A stretch of 64,000 nucleotides of DNA from an uncultured Poribacteria bacterium. GTDB taxonomy: Bacteria > Poribacteria > WGA-4E > PCPOR2b. Below are positions 10,068-19,191 of this stretch, in pieces (the first letter of the stretch is position 1; every line of letters starts with the position of its first letter). The notes under the pieces were generated by a model. That model made no database searches and was not told where the DNA came from. It saw nothing but the letters and a program-made list of their open reading frames with translations. The translations under genes and the position numbers were made by a program. Where the stretch lies: NCBI GenBank assembly GCA_958296125.1, contig OY282444.1, positions 4,633,266 to 4,697,265 on the forward strand, given 5' to 3'.

Positions 10068-12047
10068 TCATCCGAGTTTCGCGCGTACCATATGCGCGCC
10101 TTCATTAATTGCATCAAAGAAATTTCGGACTTCAACGCAGTCTCCTACCTCGTAAACCTCACATCGCAGGTCAGCGGCTTCAATATCTCGCTTGAGTCCC
10201 CTTCGTGGCGTATAGCCGCGACTAATTATTAGCTTCTCAACGGGATGGAACTCCTCTGCCCCATCGTCCGTGGCAAGCATAACCCCCGTCTCGTTAACCT
10301 GCTTCAGTTCACGGCTTGCCAGTATCCTCACCCCTGCATCCCGCACCCCTTTTCTAAGCACAGCCAAGTTCGTTCCGTGCTCCTTCAATTTGATTACATC
10401 TTCTTCGCTTCGGCGTGAGGCCAGAACGACATCGCGTCCCTGCTGTGCGGCAAACCATGCAACCTCATAGCCGACCAAGCCCGCACCGAGCACCATCACC
10501 CGCTCGCCGATGTCCAGTTCATCCCAACGCACTATCGCGTCAATTGCGGTGACAACATTGTCTCCTTCAATTCCGGGGATATCCGGAATAATTGCCTCGC
10601 CGCCTGTTGCAAGGATAACGACATCCGGATACTCGCTTTTTAATGTATCCAGTGTAACGGTCGTGCCCGTCCGAACCTCCAAGCCTACGTTCTGAACTTC
10701 CGTAATATAGTAGTGGAGCAGGCGTTTAATATCCCATTTGAAATCCGGAATCGATGCCGAAATCATCTCGCCCCCAATCACATCCCGCTTTTCGTATATG
10801 ACAACATCATGCCCCATCTCCTTAGCGCGCAAACCCGCCTCCAGACCGCCCGGCCCCGCTCCGACGACGACCACCTTTTGGGGCGAGTCGGTTTTGTTGA
10901 ACGCAATCAGTTTTTCTCTGCCCACAATGGGATTCGTTGTGCACTGCACGCCACCACGATCCATGACCACAAAGGTGTGGCAAAAATTACACCGAATACA
11001 CGGAATAATATTCTCTCCTGCCCCTGCTTTCTTCGCCCAGTGCGGATCAGCAATTAGCGTGCGGCCAAGGGCGACCATATCAGCACGCTCCCGCGCAATA
11101 ATCTCCTCTGCATGTACCGGGTCAGTAATTCCACCCGTAGCGATAACGGGGATTCCAGCACCATTCTGCTTGATTTCCTCTGCCAAATCAACCAGCGTGT
11201 TAGGCTTAATATAAAGCGGCGGCACAGATGGATGGGTACATTCGACAAACCCTTTGACCTGCATGATCGTTGCGGAAGTGGTTGCCACATGCAGGTAGGC
11301 AACACCGAGATTCTCCATGTACTTCGCAATCTGTAGATGAAGGTCATCTTTTATGTGTTCGTCGTATCGGTCATTCACGCCGCCATGGAGATGTTCATGT
11401 GCACTGAACTTAAAACCGACTGGAAAATCTCCACCGCAAACCTGCTTAATCCCCGTGACGATTTCGGTGCCAAACCGCATACGACGTTCAAAATCACCGC
11501 CATAGTCATCATCCCGCCGATTCGTGTGGGGCGACATAAACTGCCCACCGAGATAAGAATGTGCACAGTGATACTCCACTCCGTCGAAGCCTGCTTGTTT
11601 CGCCCGCGCTGCCCCCAAAATGAACGCTTCTATCACCTTTTGAATGTCATCCACCGTCATTTCGCGCGGAACCTCGGTATAAAGTTCGCTTTCAATGGCG
11701 GAAGGTGCAAACGGTTCAACATAAGATTTTCCGCCCAGCACGGCGATCTGCATAAATATTTTGGATCCGGCATCCTTGACCGCCTCCGCCATGCGCGCAA
11801 GCCCTGGGACGAACTTATCGTCCCAAACCGCGGTGGTAATCACACGTTGTTCGGGCCACACGGAGGTGAATTCAGTGATAATCAAGCCGGTTTCGCCCTT
11901 TGCCCGTTCGACCAGAAAATCTATATAACGATCAGTGACTTGTCCCTCTGGATCATGCAACCCCACGTCAAGCGGTGCCAAAACAACGCGATTTTTTAAT
12001 TCTAGTGAATCAACTTTTATTGGAGAAAATAGATGGGGAAACAACAT
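10068..12047 (-). CDS. NADH:flavin oxidoreductase (Old Yellow Enzyme TIM barrel) fused to FAD/NAD(P)-binding domain; 2,4-dienoyl-CoA reductase/NADH oxidase family
   Basis: OYE N-terminal motifs (NRVVLAPL, HCAHSYL). CxxCxxC...C 4Fe-4S cysteines (CIRCNFCH...C). GAGPGG Rossmann motifs in the C-terminal half. Confidence 0.85.
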   Translation of the reverse strand: MLFPHLFSPIKVDSLELKNRVVLAPLDVGLHDPEGQVTDRYIDFLVERAKGETGLIITEFTSVWPEQRVITTAVWDDKFVPGLARMAEAVKDAGSKIFMQIAVLGGKSYVEPFAPSAIESELYTEVPREMTVDDIQKVIEAFILGAARAKQAGFDGVEYHCAHSYLGGQFMSPHTNRRDDDYGGDFERRMRFGTEIVTGIKQVCGGDFPVGFKFSAHEHLHGGVNDRYDEHIKDDLHLQIAKYMENLGVAYLHVATTSATIMQVKGFVECTHPSVPPLYIKPNTLVDLAEEIKQNGAGIPVIATGGITDPVHAEEIIARERADMVALGRTLIADPHWAKKAGAGENIIPCIRCNFCHTFVVMDRGGVQCTTNPIVGREKLIAFNKTDSPQKVVVVGAGPGGLEAGLRAKEMGHDVVIYEKRDVIGGEMISASIPDFKWDIKRLLHYYITEVQNVGLEVRTGTTVTLDTLKSEYPDVVILATGGEAIIPDIPGIEGDNVVTAIDAIVRWDELDIGERVMVLGAGLVGYEVAWFAAQQGRDVVLASRRSEEDVIKLKEHGTNLAVLRKGVRDAGVRILASRELKQVNETGVMLATDDGAEEFHPVEKLIISRGYTPRRGLKRDIEAADLRCEVYEVGDCVEVRNFFDAINEGAHMVRAKLG

Positions 12048-12175
12048 ACCGTGTCTCCTGTTGTGTAAATGAGTGCCCTGTCATCCGCAATCCAAATGTC
12101 ACAACGATTGCTTCGTTCAAGGGCAGGTTTTCGGGCTCCCTTTCGCTCTGGATGACCGCTGGGCAACCCGGGCGA

Positions 12176-13300
12176 TTACCAATCTTGAACCGAACCGTCC
12201 TCCCGCCGCAAATGTGGGGGTTCACCCGGTGTGGGCGGATACGCGGCTGCGGCTTCTTCGTTCAGATCGATTCCCAAGCCCGGCCCCTCAGGGGGGAGGA
12301 GATAGCCATCCTCCGTCCGCAAATCGTGCTGAATGACCGCGTCCATCCAACCTGACGATGGAGCATACTCCTGCACCGCACAGTTGGGTATTGACATATT
12401 CAGATGCAACATCGCTGCCGAGCTGACAGGGCTTGAGGTATAGTGACAGGCAAGTTCTTGATAATGGACTTCCGCCATCGTCGCGATCTTCTTCCCTTCG
12501 GTGATACCGCCGCTGTGACAGATATCCACCCGGATGTAGTCGATTAATTCCCGCTCAATCAACTCTCGAAACATCCATTTCGTCGGTAGCTGCTCGCCGG
12601 TGCCGATCGGGACATTCGTGTGCTCACGTAGCGTCGCAAACGATGCCGGATTCTCGGAACGGATGGGGTCTTCGACAAAGAATGGGTGACATTCCTCAAT
12701 CGCGTTGCACAACTCAATGGCGCGGGTTGGGGTCAGGCGGGTGTGTACCTCAAAGATGACCTCAGCCTCATCACCGATTGCCTCCCGCAACGCACTAAAA
12801 TGCTCGACCCCACGCATGACCGCGCGTTTTTGATCGAATCCGCCCTCAATCGTATCAATGGGTGAAATTCGTAAGACCTTCCACCCCTCTTCCAACTGTT
12901 GCTGTGCCTGCTCAATGAGTTGTTCCGGTGTACCTCCACCGGTATGCCGATAGACCAGCACCTTATCCCGCGTTGCGCCACCCAGCAGCCGGTAGGTCGG
13001 CACACCAAGTGCCTTCCCTGCTAAATCCCACAGCGCAATGTCAACCCCAGCAAGCGCGGATTGTAGCACGGGCCCACCACGCCAGAACGTTCCGCGGAAG
13101 ATGTCTTGCCATATATGCTCAATGCGGGTGGCATCCTGTCCAATCAGGAGCGGTTTAATATGGTGTTCCAATGCCCCGACGACAGCTAACGATCTGCCGC
13201 TTAATGAGGCTTCTCCAATGCCATATATCCCCTCGTCAGTCATGATCTTAACGTATATGAACTGGCCCACTGGAAATACTTTGAGATTTGTAATTTTCAC
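12176..13300 (-). CDS. D-mannonate/D-galactonate dehydratase (enolase superfamily, MR/MLE family)
   Basis: VKITNLKVF...YVKIMTDEGIYGIGEA N-terminus typical of the ManD/GalD family. The likely start is GTG at 13300 preceded by AAGGAG; the ORF track extends to 13375. Confidence 0.8.
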   Translation of the reverse strand: MKITNLKVFPVGQFIYVKIMTDEGIYGIGEASLSGRSLAVVGALEHHIKPLLIGQDATRIEHIWQDIFRGTFWRGGPVLQSALAGVDIALWDLAGKALGVPTYRLLGGATRDKVLVYRHTGGGTPEQLIEQAQQQLEEGWKVLRISPIDTIEGGFDQKRAVMRGVEHFSALREAIGDEAEVIFEVHTRLTPTRAIELCNAIEECHPFFVEDPIRSENPASFATLREHTNVPIGTGEQLPTKWMFRELIERELIDYIRVDICHSGGITEGKKIATMAEVHYQELACHYTSSPVSSAAMLHLNMSIPNCAVQEYAPSSGWMDAVIQHDLRTEDGYLLPPEGPGLGIDLNEEAAAAYPPTPGEPPHLRREDGSVQDW

Positions 13301-13504
13301 GGTTTTCTCCTTGATAAGCTGGCTAGGACGGGTTGACAAACGCGGAAAGACACTTCCCAATCTTAATGATAGCATGACCCTATATGTCGGTCAAGCCCAA
13401 AAAACGGTGTCGGTAGATTGAGCGATTAAACGCTAATCTTTATCAAAATCTTCCGATCTAAGACCATGTTCGCATGGCTAACAAGCACGATTGCACAATT
13501 CAAC

Positions 13505-13568
13505 TCCCTAAAGGTCTAGGACTTTCGGAACGGGGAACGGATAAGAATCCCAACCCTTTAGGGTGTAT
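13505..13568. repeat. Hairpin (ccctaaagg...cctttaggg) containing a partial copy of the CCCCGTTCCGA repeat, 3' of hsdS
   Basis: 9-bp inverted repeat enclosing ctttcggaacggggaacggat (reverse complement of TCCGTTCCCCGTTCCGAAAG). Confidence 0.5.
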
Positions 13569-13575
13569 GGGTATG

Positions 13576-14841
13576 TCAATTAAGATTGGACACCCCTAGC
13601 TCGCCGGAGATTAGCTTAGGAATCAGGAGATCGCGGGTTTGGCGGAGGTTGGTGTTTTTCAGTGTCAATACCCGTATTGAATCTAGTATCGGAGCAACAA
13701 TATCACTGAATTGTTTTATCAATAGATCCGGTGGTCTAACGATTGGCATTATAGCCAATGCCCCGTCCCACGTTGCGTAAGGAATGGTGCTCCCTGTTGA
13801 GTAATTGCTAGAATACTCAACCGTTGAATCTTGAAACATTGTAAAAAGGTCAAAAGGATAATTGTCAGGTGCCTTTGATCTCAAAACAAAACAGGTCTGT
13901 CTGGTAATACCATCAAAGGGAGCAAAAATAACTTTGTGAAAATAAGATCGCATGGCACCAAACAGAATGTCATTTCTTTTGAAAGCCATTAGGCTACTCT
14001 TGGCTTCACTGGATGGCTTGTGTTCAATTAGTCCTATTGAACGTCTTGGAATACAATCAATTGGAACATAGGGCAAAGGTTCTAGATGCTTGCCCGGTTT
14101 TACCTTTTCCTTGATGTTTTCAATGGCATCTCCGAGTGTTCCTACCTTCCACCCCTGCGGTATCAAGCCCAATTCTGACTCCACCCCTGGTCTCCCCGTT
14201 CCGAGGGCAGGCGGAGCGGACATCGGCACATTTTCATGGCCCGGAAAACGGAATTCGACAAACCATTCTCGGTAGATTGCACTTGCCATCTCCTCAAAGA
14301 TTTTGATGCGGCGGGTGTTATTCTCGATTAGGTTGTCGTAGGTGCTAAGGATCGCGGCGATTTTGCGCTGGGTTGGAAGGGGGGGAAATGGAATTGAGGT
14401 CAATCTAATATGGTTTGGGCTAATATTATCTCTTGTCGAACCAAAGAAATGAGGCTTGATTGCATCATAAAAAAAGCGCGACTCAATAAAACAGGCTAAA
14501 AATTTCTGTTCAATTCTTTTGGCCCGAACTCCCACTACTTGTGAACTTAAAATTGCTGGCTCATCGAAATTATAAACCGAAGAGGCCCCGACTCTTTTCC
14601 CAATCTTTGCTATCAGTATGTCTCCTCGAAACAGGCGTTTTTGATTAAGATTTAGCACAACATCCTTGGGAACACGCTTTACATCTGATAGATCAACTTG
14701 TCTGCCAAGATCTCCGATGCGAAATATCGGAATTCCATTATCAACATATGATTTATGGTTAAATTGGGAATAACCATTTATAAGTTCGGCAACTTGTCCA
14801 ATCTGAACACTCTCCCACCCATAAGGTAATTTGTCAATCAC
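13576..14841 (-). CDS. hsdS: Type I restriction-modification specificity subunit HsdS (orphan; two TRDs)
   Basis: N-terminal LPYGWESVQIGQV...GIPIFRIGDL. Central conserved QRKIAAILSTYDNLIENNTRRIKIFEEMASAIYREWFVEF. C-terminal LRQTRDLLIPKLISGEL. AT-rich relative to its flanks. No hsdM or hsdR nearby. Confidence 0.85.
   Translation of the reverse strand: MIDKLPYGWESVQIGQVAELINGYSQFNHKSYVDNGIPIFRIGDLGRQVDLSDVKRVPKDVVLNLNQKRLFRGDILIAKIGKRVGASSVYNFDEPAILSSQVVGVRAKRIEQKFLACFIESRFFYDAIKPHFFGSTRDNISPNHIRLTSIPFPPLPTQRKIAAILSTYDNLIENNTRRIKIFEEMASAIYREWFVEFRFPGHENVPMSAPPALGTGRPGVESELGLIPQGWKVGTLGDAIENIKEKVKPGKHLEPLPYVPIDCIPRRSIGLIEHKPSSEAKSSLMAFKRNDILFGAMRSYFHKVIFAPFDGITRQTCFVLRSKAPDNYPFDLFTMFQDSTVEYSSNYSTGSTIPYATWDGALAIMPIVRPPDLLIKQFSDIVAPILDSIRVLTLKNTNLRQTRDLLIPKLISGELGVSNLN
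14184..14220. repeat. Copy of CCCCGTTCCGAGGGCAGG palindromic repeat embedded in-frame in hsdS (encodes PPALGTGRPGVE linker)
   Basis: cccctggtctccccgttccgagggcaggcggagcgga is near-identical to 54262-54340. It lies between the HsdS central conserved region and TRD2. Confidence 0.6.
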
Positions 14842-14896
14842 GCCGCGTCCTCCAAAATCATCACCGCATTCTGTCTGAATCTGAATTTACTGGATT

Positions 14897-14987
14897 GGCT
14901 CATGTTAAGAAGTCGCGCGACAGAAACCGATTGGTTGGCAAAAACACGGTTTCTTTTCGAGTTTCGCGCTTGCTGTTTACATGAGCC
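14897..14987 (+). repeat. MITE-like element copy B (ggctcatgttaag ... tttacatgagcc perfect about 12-bp TIRs)
   Basis: 91 bp with perfect inverted termini. Internal hairpin gaaaccg...cggtttc followed by TTTT. Located 55 bp upstream of the orphan hsdS start. Confidence 0.75.
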
Positions 14988-14994
14988 TCAAGTT

Positions 14995-17715
14995 TCACAT
15001 CGAGATGCCGAGCAATCCACGCGTAAATTGGAAATCTGTGTTTCCCTTTCCATAAAGTTTGGGCGTGTAGCGGCGCGAGGCAACCTCTAAAATAGATTCG
15101 AGCATTTGCGCCGAAAAGCCTTCCGGTGTCCAATTCGCATCGGCAGGCAGGAGGTCCAGATCCGCTTCATAGATTGATCCCGTAGTCTCCTCCGTTGTGG
15201 CTTGGATTAGCGGAATCATACGGTGTGCCTGAAGGGGATGTCCCACAACATGCGCGAACATCAGATCAACACCCGTCGCTCCCAATCCGGTTAAGGTCTC
15301 CACGACGTGATCGGTGGGAGTCTCCATGATATGAAACCCGGGTTCGGTGATACTTTGACCGTAAGACAGAGTATTCCTTAATGAGACTTGAGGGGGATCG
15401 CCGAGGGTATGCACCGCATAGAGGGACGAGGTTAAGAAGGTTGCATTTGCCGGGACAACAACTGTCCCACCCGCACCGATGATGGTCTGGGTAAGATGCG
15501 CCAGACTCTGTGCCACCGTTCCCATCACTTTTCCGCTCGAAGTCAATCCAATCCGAAGGTGCTCCAAACCGACATCCGCGTAATTGGGGCGAGGCATTGA
15601 CACCACAGATCGACTGAACCAATCCTCCACTTTTTGGAGCACGGCATCAATACCGCCATCCAACTGCACGCTCGCCCAACCATACCGCTCAAGTGGGATA
15701 CCTTGTTCTGCAAGTGCGTGGCGTATGTAGTCGTTGTGGGTCTTTTCACAGCCATGTTCTAAGGGCAAACCAAGTGCGACCATTGGATGAATCAGATGCC
15801 CGATGAGTGTCCGTCTGTAGATATCTTCCGAGTTCCCACCCGATACACCACACCCCTCCGTATGCGCCAACGCAACATAGCGAGAAATGCCATGCTCGCG
15901 TCCGAGCCCTTTTTGGTTAAGCCGATCGGCAATCATTTGGGCAATCTGACCGGAACAGAGACTTGTGGGCAAGACCAACCCGATCTGATCGCTTCGGTAG
16001 CCGCTTTCGGTCTGTATGGCACTAAAAGTGTGTTCAGATCGCGGGACATCGAGTTGAATTGGAATCGGCTTGCCGGTTGGGGCTTCGGCTGAGAGCACCG
16101 TTTCTGGATTGACAGGCACCGTCTGTTTCCAATTCCGCCAGATTGACACCTGTGAATGCCCTGCCTTTTCCCCGATAGATCGCTCCCCAGCGGCAATATT
16201 GACAGTGAGATTGAGCATCTCCTGTCCCAATTTCTCCATCGGTGTGCCGTCTTGGTAAGCACCGGCATTGACATCCATGTCGTTCTTCAACATTTCATAT
16301 CGCCCGGTGGTGGTGACAATCTTGATTGTCGGTACAAAGGGGAAGTTCGTTATAGATCCGTTGCCGGTGACAAAGAAGATCATGTTTGAACCTGAAGCCA
16401 CCTGTCCTGCGATGCTCTCAAGGTCATTTCCGGGGCTGTCCATAAAGTAGTAGCCCGGTGCAAGCATCCGTTCCCCGTAATTGATGACGTAGTCGAGACA
16501 GACCTCCGGATCGCGTTTCATCGCGGCACCAATCGATTTGATGACAATATTGTATAACCCTCGAAAATTATTCCCGCCAGAGGGATTGGCTTCGGCGGTA
16601 TGACCGTGCCAGCGCGCTCGCTCCTTAAACCGATCGATTGTGCCTAAAAACCTGCGAGCAGTCTCAAAATCTCTAGCGTTCTGAAGCACATACGGCTCGG
16701 CACCGATTAATTCATCGGTTTCCGCGAGGTTGGAGGCACCGCCATAACGGATAACCTCTTTCGCAACGTAGGCTGCCAATGGGTTGCCCGATACCCCGGA
16801 GAATGCGTCTGAGCCGCCGCATTGAAGTGCAATCTTCAGGTTGGAGAGAGATTCCTCGGTGCGCTCCATTGCGTTTACCGGGTCTAGCCACCCTTTGATG
16901 ATTGCCCCTCCTGTGTCCAAACTGGCATCAAAGCCGCCCTGTATGCTCAGAAAGTGGTGTGGCACCGCCGCCAACGGATAGTTGTTTTCGGCCATATAAC
17001 GTTGAAGCATCTGATTCGTGACTACCTCCGAACCGTAATCAACGGCTAGGACCGCCCCGATGTTGGGGTGAATGGTAAAGCCGGCGAGTGTGCGAAGCAA
17101 CATCTCAAGGTTATTGGGCGTTGTACTTTCCCCGCCTTCGGTGTGCGTCACGGCAACGACCCCGTCAATATCTTCGCAATTTGTCCCAACCTCCTTGAAT
17201 CGGTCCGCAAGCACCTTCGCATAGCCGGAAGTTTGAGAGGTTGTTCCCATGATAACGATATAATTTCGTGTTCCAACCCCACGACCGCTGTCCCGCCGAT
17301 AGCCGAGGAAAGACCTATCGCAATCATATTGAGGGACTTGTGACCCCGGCTGAAATGTGTCTCCATCGAGGATGTAGGGAGCAATCTGATCTTTGAAGTT
17401 TGGACGGGATGGCAGCGCAAAGTCGATATCCCGTATCGAAAGCGCATCAAGGATCTTCTGGTTGCAGGCATAGTCACCGGGAGATAAATCTGTGATTGCA
17501 ACGCCGAAAGGCAGGCCCCATGACAACAGCGATTCCCCTTCAGGAATCGACTGAATTGCGAACCGGTGCCCTTCTAAAATTGTATGGGATATGGTGAAAC
17601 CATAACCGTTATAGTTAATCTCCGCGCCAGCGTCTATTCGTCGTGTAGCGATTGCCACGTTATCGTCCGATGCCGGCAGTCTTCCAACCCCTTGAAACTC
17701 GTATTGATTTGCCAT
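14995..17715 (-). CDS. Altronate/galactarate dehydratase family protein (UxaA/GarD-like), 906 aa with duplicated C-terminal UxaA-like module
   Basis: N-terminal SAF domain (NVAIATRRIDAGAEI). HTEGG and HTEGCG UxaA-type motifs at about residues 190 and 640. Confidence 0.7.
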   Translation of the reverse strand: MANQYEFQGVGRLPASDDNVAIATRRIDAGAEINYNGYGFTISHTILEGHRFAIQSIPEGESLLSWGLPFGVAITDLSPGDYACNQKILDALSIRDIDFALPSRPNFKDQIAPYILDGDTFQPGSQVPQYDCDRSFLGYRRDSGRGVGTRNYIVIMGTTSQTSGYAKVLADRFKEVGTNCEDIDGVVAVTHTEGGESTTPNNLEMLLRTLAGFTIHPNIGAVLAVDYGSEVVTNQMLQRYMAENNYPLAAVPHHFLSIQGGFDASLDTGGAIIKGWLDPVNAMERTEESLSNLKIALQCGGSDAFSGVSGNPLAAYVAKEVIRYGGASNLAETDELIGAEPYVLQNARDFETARRFLGTIDRFKERARWHGHTAEANPSGGNNFRGLYNIVIKSIGAAMKRDPEVCLDYVINYGERMLAPGYYFMDSPGNDLESIAGQVASGSNMIFFVTGNGSITNFPFVPTIKIVTTTGRYEMLKNDMDVNAGAYQDGTPMEKLGQEMLNLTVNIAAGERSIGEKAGHSQVSIWRNWKQTVPVNPETVLSAEAPTGKPIPIQLDVPRSEHTFSAIQTESGYRSDQIGLVLPTSLCSGQIAQMIADRLNQKGLGREHGISRYVALAHTEGCGVSGGNSEDIYRRTLIGHLIHPMVALGLPLEHGCEKTHNDYIRHALAEQGIPLERYGWASVQLDGGIDAVLQKVEDWFSRSVVSMPRPNYADVGLEHLRIGLTSSGKVMGTVAQSLAHLTQTIIGAGGTVVVPANATFLTSSLYAVHTLGDPPQVSLRNTLSYGQSITEPGFHIMETPTDHVVETLTGLGATGVDLMFAHVVGHPLQAHRMIPLIQATTEETTGSIYEADLDLLPADANWTPEGFSAQMLESILEVASRRYTPKLYGKGNTDFQFTRGLLGISM

Positions 17716-17897
17716 AAAACACTCCTTTGTAACGTAATCTCAACACTTGCATATATAATAGCACATCACCCGCTTATACTGGCACAAACTTTACGAATGC
17801 TTCTTCTATTTTTGTATTGACTGAATCCGTGCATATATGTTAAGATGAGATCTGATAAAATTATCAATTTATTTCAAACGCCATCAGATATTGCCCT

Positions 17898-19133
17898 ATG
17901 ATCTCATACATTATTGGAGCAGTCTATTTCATCCTTATCTTAGAAGTGCTGCTAATCATCAACTCATTCCGATACGCGCGGCGGGAACGCAATACCAAAA
18001 GACCCGATTATACCCCAAAAGCTGCTATCGTCGCACCGCATTATGGCTGGGACAATCAGACAGCAGAAAATGTAAAACGGTTACTGGATCAGGATTATGC
18101 GGGCGCGTATGAAGTGTTTTTCGTCACACACGCAAAGGGGGAGTCCGACTACGATGAGTCCTACCCGCATCTGCTTGAGATTGCCGAAAGACACCCCAAT
18201 GTGCATACACTGCTTGCGCCGAACATTATCGAGAACTCCCTTCCGCGCTCGCAGAAAGTGCAGAATCTGATGACAGCAATCGCGGCATTTCCAGATGATG
18301 TTGAGATTATCGCTTTTGTTGATGCGGATGCAACAATTGAGCGAGATTGGTTGACGCTGCTCGTCCAACCGCTTCAGGAAAAAAAGGTCGGAGCGACAGT
18401 GGGAGCGAGATTTTATTTTCCACATACCTTGAATACGGCATCTCTTGTCGAAGCCGTTTGGGTTAACTTTCAGATCGCGTTACAAGGCGATCACCCACTG
18501 GCTATGGTTTGGGGCGGCTCCAACGCAATCCGTCGCGAATCTTTTGAGAAAAGCAAGGTATTGCAACGTTGGAACAACGCAACCATTGAAGACCACAATT
18601 TGACGCACGCGGTGAGAGACCTTAGACGTAAGGTTCACTTTGTGCCGGATTGCATCGCGATTACCCATACTGAGAAGCGGACATGGAAACAGGTCATAGA
18701 GTTTACCAACCGACAAATAGTGATGACCTTTCGGATGGGACTTAAAGCGCAGTGGTGGGGCACCTTGCTGCTACTTCTGCCGAAGGCTTTGTTTGTTCTC
18801 GGTTCAATTCCGTTAATATTCTATTCCGAAAGACTCCTCCTTGTCCTCCTTGTTCCGTTTATCGAAATTCAAAGTTATCGCGCCTTCTCGCGAAACCTAC
18901 CTCTCTGGCTGAGAGATATGCCCAAAATACGTGAAACCCTCCGAATCACCTCGCTTGTCGCGCCGATAGCGATGTTTCTTGCAGGACTGAATACGTTGTA
19001 CGCGCTATTTCAGAACAAGATTGTATGGGGCGGCGTTCGCTACGAAATTCTTTCAGCCACAAAGTGTCGTGTTTTAGGGCAGATTACGGAAGAGGATGGA
19101 ACAAACGGGCAGAACGGAGGGAGATCAGTTTAG
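17898..19133 (+). CDS. Family 2 glycosyltransferase (ceramide-glucosyltransferase/HpnI-like), membrane-bound
   Basis: N-terminal TM helix. GT-A fold with DAD motif (FVDADATIERDW). C-terminal TM helices. Confidence 0.75.
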   Translation: MISYIIGAVYFILILEVLLIINSFRYARRERNTKRPDYTPKAAIVAPHYGWDNQTAENVKRLLDQDYAGAYEVFFVTHAKGESDYDESYPHLLEIAERHPNVHTLLAPNIIENSLPRSQKVQNLMTAIAAFPDDVEIIAFVDADATIERDWLTLLVQPLQEKKVGATVGARFYFPHTLNTASLVEAVWVNFQIALQGDHPLAMVWGGSNAIRRESFEKSKVLQRWNNATIEDHNLTHAVRDLRRKVHFVPDCIAITHTEKRTWKQVIEFTNRQIVMTFRMGLKAQWWGTLLLLLPKALFVLGSIPLIFYSERLLLVLLVPFIEIQSYRAFSRNLPLWLRDMPKIRETLRITSLVAPIAMFLAGLNTLYALFQNKIVWGGVRYEILSATKCRVLGQITEEDGTNGQNGGRSV

Positions 19134-19191
19134 GCGTTCAAGAGTTCATAGGTTCATTTAGATTTTACGTTCCGTAACAGAAAGGAAGGCT

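Noticed and set aside
11337-11999. 220-aa plus-strand ORF
   Set aside because: Antisense within the OYE/FAD oxidoreductase gene. Shadow ORF.
13440-13500. Possible fourth copy of the MITE-like element (catgttcgcatggctaacaagcacgattgcacaa)
   Set aside because: Only short partial matches (cacgatt, catgtt) are present, without the TIR. This is below what can be trusted by eye.
14900-15133. 77-aa (-) and 62-aa (+) ORFs overlapping MITE copy B
   Set aside because: They run through the repeat element and into the UxaA 3' end, with no coding signal.
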